This document shows, in pieces, positions 60,518 through 64,000 of a stretch of DNA of 64,000 bases. The stretch is from the human T2T-CHM13v2.0 reference genome, Homo sapiens. The position numbers and the translations under genes were made by a program. The notes below the pieces were generated by a model. The model was not told where the DNA came from, did no database searches, and saw only the letters and a program-made list of their open reading frames with translations. The DNA is taken from NCBI RefSeq assembly GCF_009914755.1, contig NC_060934.1. One strand, written 5' to 3'. Position 1 is the first letter of the stretch, and the number at the start of each line of letters is the position of its first letter.

Positions 60518-60925
60518 AAAGCTGGTCCCATTGGAAGGGCCTGATTTGTAGTCACACATCTATGGGATGCTCCCATTTCACCATGGAGGGTTCATGCTGG
60601 GCCTTTATGAGCTCTCCAAAGTCTAAGTGCCCTGAGACAGGCATGAGCTCAGGGAAAGCGAGGCTATACCCAGGGTACCAGCTAAGCAGCCCCTAACCCC
60701 ACACCCTCCCTCCCACTATGCTTACCAGATCAGAGACAGAGAAAACAAAAATATCTCTAGTCAAAGTCACAGCGATGAATGAGCATGATAAGGTATGTGC
60801 CTGGCACCCTCCTCCATTCAGGGAGGTCTTCACAGTAGACAATGGCTCCAGGAGAGCTCGGGAGCTGTTTTGTAACATTCCATCCCTCTCCACCTCAATC
60901 TTTTTTTTTTTTTTATTTTTCTCAG

Positions 60926-61007
60926 AAAAACAATCCATGAACATCTTACCTTAACAGAGGATCTTGAGTCTCATGGACACACATTCATGCAGGAAGGAGG
61001 TAAAATG
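60926..61007 (+). pseudogene. ANTXRL-like exon 4 (82 nt; KTIHEHLTLTEDLESHGHTFMQEGGKM)
   Basis: T-rich tract CTCAG| and |GTACAG; GHTFMQxG motif. Confidence 0.9.
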
Positions 61008-61114
61008 GTACAGACCACTAGAGCTCACAGAATGTGTTCTAGTTCCTCATGCTCTTAGGGTATTACTGGGGTCGCCTCACTGTGCATTCTTAGAACATCT
61101 TCATTTCCTTACAA

Positions 61115-61148
61115 GCAAATTAGTAGATTCAATGTGTCAACTCCAGAG
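61115..61148 (+). pseudogene. ANTXRL-like exon 5 (34 nt; AN**IQCVNSR)
   Basis: Donor G|GTAAGC; acceptor reads TTACAA (AG lost at the expected position); TAG TAG at 61121-61126. Confidence 0.8.
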
Positions 61149-62091
61149 GTAAGCCCTCCTGCTATCCCCATGGTGGTCCCATAGGGTGAACAGAGCTGGG
61201 AATGGGCCTCAGAGAGCTCTGTGTGCAGATTCCTGCCCTGCTTCTTGGAGCAAGTTGCTCACCTGCTCCGAGCTCCAGGTGCCCTCCCAGGTGCAATGAG
61301 CATAGTAATCCCCCGTTCCATGGAGTTCTGAGAACTGTGTGGGATCCTGCGTGTGCAGTTCTGGTGCTCATAACCCTTTGGTGCTTGCCCTCCAGCTGGG
61401 CTGTGTGAAAAGGAAGAGAAGAGCCAAGGGGTTTGCCCCCTTGCACACACCTTAGTCTTCCTCCTCCCTTCCTCGTGTCCCCTTCAAGCGACTTTCATCA
61501 CCTGATCGTGTCTCAGATGGTACAGAAGGCTGTCCACAGCCCCCGACTCCCTTCCCCACTGTGGGGCTGCAGGTCTTGTCAGGAAGAGGCGGGGCTCGTG
61601 GGGAAAGGCATTGAGGTGGCCATGGGATCCCCTGCCCAGGTGCCACTGACCTGGAGTCCTGAACTCCTGGGCCCAAAGATGTTGGCAGGGCTGCCCGCAG
61701 GCTCTGCCCATGGGACTGCCCGGCTGCTCCTCCCCCTGCCTGTGGGACAGGCCTGTGCTTGTGGAGCTCTGGCTGGAGCTGCCCTCAGGCAGAAGTGGTG
61801 CAGGCTGCTAGTGGGTGAGGGTTCAGGCAGAGTGATGGGAAGGGCCCTGCCCCTCTCCATCCCTCCTCTGTAAAATGGGTACCAGGCTGAGGCCCCGCAT
61901 CACTCTAGGGGTCTCTGGGTGGCAGGTGCTTGGGTCTTGGCAGCCTCTCCCCTGGAGGATGAGGTGGGGGCACCTGGCCATGCCTTGGAATGAGCAGTGC
62001 TGCGGGCCCAGCCAACTGCAGGGGTCCCGGAGCTTCTGGAGGTCACTCCTGATGCCTTTGCTGAGCAGGTCACTCCTTGCTTCTTCTGCAG

Positions 62092-62171
62092 ACAACAAGG
62101 TTACCAGCACGATTATTGCTATGACCAGTGGAGCACAGGTGCCAAATGCATTTCAGGACACTCTCAAAGAA
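62092..62171 (+). pseudogene. ANTXRL-like exon 6 (80 nt; NKVTSTIIAMTSGAQVPNAFQDTLKE)
   Basis: TTCTTCTGCAG|; compare [26 protein letters not shown]; donor reads GCCAGT. Confidence 0.95.
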
Positions 62172-62332
62172 GCCAGTCAGGTTCATAGTTACCAGTATTT
62201 TGCTCCACCCATTTTGATGACTAATACTCAATACCTTCAAATGCATTTCAGGAGACTCTCAAAGAAGCCAGCTGGGTTCACAGTTACCAGCATTTTGCTC
62301 CACCTATTTTGATGACTAATGCTCAATGCCTT
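62143..62332. repeat. 95-bp tandem duplication (2 copies)
   Basis: CAAATGCATTTCAGGA...CCTT at 62143-62237 and 62238-62332. Confidence 0.95.
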
Positions 62333-62343
62333 CTTTCCCTTAG

Positions 62344-62411
62344 GCTGAAAGGCTGGGAGCCTGGGGGCCACCGTTTACACCCTGGGTGTGGCTGATTATA
62401 AGATAGGCCAG
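62344..62411 (+). pseudogene. ANTXRL-like exon 7 (68 nt, -1 frameshift; [20 protein letters not shown])
   Basis: TTTCCCTTAG| and |GTCATT; compare [20 protein letters not shown]. Confidence 0.95.
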
Positions 62412-62773
62412 GTCATTCTGAACTAGTAACCAGGCACCACTCTGGAGCTGAGTGGAGAAAGGCATCCCAGGCGGCTTTCCCAGGGCCACCACAAGGACAG
62501 TCATCTAACTTGCCCCCAAGTGATTTGGGCCAACCCATGGCCACTGCAGAAGTGACTGACAGCGTGTTGTAGAAATCCCACCACACCAAAAGCGGGGGCG
62601 GAAGAGTTCCCCACTCCCTGATAGTGGGCTGCTGGCTAGAGAAGGCTGTGGCCCTGACAGCCTGACATTCTGCTGCCCCCAAAGCATGGGGGCAAGACAC
62701 TGTCCCCTGAGCCTGTGACCTGCTGCATCCTCACCTCCTGGGTGGGGGTCCAAGCCACGTTCCCTCTCTGAAG

Positions 62774-62854
62774 ATAACAACAATTGCCCACAGCCTGGAC
62801 CGCATGTTTGCAGTGGGTCATGGAGTTTCTGAACAGCATGGCCTAGTGGACAGA
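62774..62854 (+). pseudogene. ANTXRL-like exon 8 (81 nt; ITTIAHSLDRMFAVGHGVSEQHGLVDR)
   Basis: CTCTCTGAAG| and |GTGAGT; compare ITAIADSPGHVFAVENG. Confidence 0.92.
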
Positions 62855-62948
62855 GTGAGTGGGGCCAATTGGAGAGGTGGTGGGGGCCTGGCTCCTGTGC
62901 CCTGAGGCTCACACTCCCTGCCCCTTTGTACCTCGCTCTCTATTCCAG

Positions 62949-63007
62949 ATCGGAACACAAGGTGTCTTGAGGTGAAGTCTGTGGAGCCTCCACTATGTGT
63001 GCAGGAG
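62949..63007 (+). pseudogene. ANTXRL-like exon 9 (59 nt, two 1-nt deletions; CLEVKSVEP..MCAG)
   Basis: CTATTCCAG| and G|GTGAGC; compare CLDVTSVEPSSECVG. Confidence 0.9.
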
Positions 63008-63059
63008 GTGAGCACTGAGGAGGCCCCGCTGTAGTAAGAAGGGTATGTGCTGCATGTGT

Positions 63060-63745
63060 GGTATATGGTGTGTGTGGTGTGTTTTGTGATGTGTGTATGT
63101 TGGCTATAGTGGGTATATGGCATGTGTGGTGTGTTTTGTGATGTGTGTGTGTTGGCTATAGCGGGCATAGGGCGTGTGTGGTGTGTTTTGTGATGTGTGT
63201 GTGTTGGCTATAGCGGGCATAGGGCGTGTGTGGTGTGTTTTGTGATGTGTGTGTGTTGGCTATAGCGGGCATAGGGCGTGTGTGGTGTGTTTTGTGATGT
63301 GTGTGTGTTGGCTATAGCGGGCATAGGGCATGTGTGGTGTGTTTTGTGATGTGTGTGTGATGGCTATAGCGGGCATAGGGCGTGTGTGGTGTGTTTTGTG
63401 ATGTGTGTGTGTTGGCTATAGCGGGCATAGGGCGTGTGTGGTGTGTTTTGTGATGTGTGTGTGTTGGCTATAGCGGGTATATGGCGTGTGTGGTGTGTTT
63501 TGTGATGTGTGTGTGTTGGCTATAGCGGGTATATGGCGTGTGTGGTGTGTTTTGTGATGTGTGTGTGTTGGCTATAGCGGGTATATGGCGTGTGTGGTGT
63601 GTTTTGTGATGTGTGTGTGTTGGCTATAGTGGGTATATGGCGTGTGTGGTGTGTTTTGTGATGTGTGTGTGTTGGCTATAGTGGGCATAGGGCGTGTGTG
63701 GTGTGTTTTGTGATGTGTGTGTTGGCTATAGTGGGTATATGGTGT
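63060..63745. repeat. 52-bp GT-rich minisatellite, about 13 copies, followed by TG-rich low-complexity sequence to the window end
   Basis: TTGGCTATAG anchor recurs at 63100, 63152, 63204 ... 63722. Confidence 0.95.
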
Positions 63746-64000
63746 GTGAATGTGCGCAGTATGGTGTGTGTGCTGTGGAAGTTGCGTTTGGATGCATGTG
63801 GTGTTTGTGCGTGTGTATGTGCTGTGTGAGTGTGTGTTGTGCATCACGTATGGTGTGTGGTGTGTGTGGTATGTATATGGTGTTTAGATCATGGATGTTT
63901 CTGGTACAGTATGTTTATGTTGTGTCTGTGGTATATGTGTGCTAGTTGTGTGTGGTATAGTGTGTTTGTGGTGTGGGTGTTGTATCTGTGTGTATGTGGT

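Larger units (their letters stand above)
57428..63007 (+). pseudogene. Unprocessed ANTXRL-like (anthrax toxin receptor-like) pseudogene, exons 2-9 (vWA domain and start of the Ig-like domain); probably continues past the window
   Basis: Eight collinear exon remnants with ANTXR-family sizes and phases: 57428-57496, 58895-58968, 60926-61007, 61115-61148, 62092-62171, 62344-62411, 62774-62854, 62949-63007; stops, frameshifts and damaged splice sites. Confidence 0.93.

Noticed and set aside
60800-60880. EVFTVDNGS resembling ANTXR exon 8
   Set aside because: Out of order and without splice sites; a better exon 8 lies at 62774-62854
63060-63745. Regular array as CRISPR-like
   Set aside because: Eukaryotic context and no unique spacers; it is a minisatellite

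Overview
Human-like (primate) genomic DNA matching the 10q11.22 RBP3-ZNF488 locus; identifications rest on remembered protein and repeat sequences, not database searches. The + strand carries the complete 4-exon RBP3/IRBP gene (CDS 3782-6835, 8622-8812, 10673-10815, 12399-12754; 1247 aa) with its CRX/homeodomain promoter. Tail-to-tail on the - strand is ZNF488 (340-aa CDS 24126-23104 in exon 2; short non-coding exon 1 at about 39517-39570 beside a CpG island). Positions 40-55.6 kb are almost all transposable elements: an MST-type MaLR provirus, nested L1s, Alus, a HERV-K LTR5 solo LTR and a near full-length Hsmar1 mariner. From 57.4 kb, eight collinear exons (2-9) of a decayed, unprocessed ANTXRL-like (anthrax toxin receptor-like, vWA) gene can be read by hand, head-to-head with ZNF488; the ORF track shows only one of them. 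This mirrors the ANTXR2-PRDM8 pair. The ZNF488 5'UTR appears to keep a fossil of the PRDM8-type first zinc finger. Several fold-back, inverted and tandem duplication scars surround the pseudogene.
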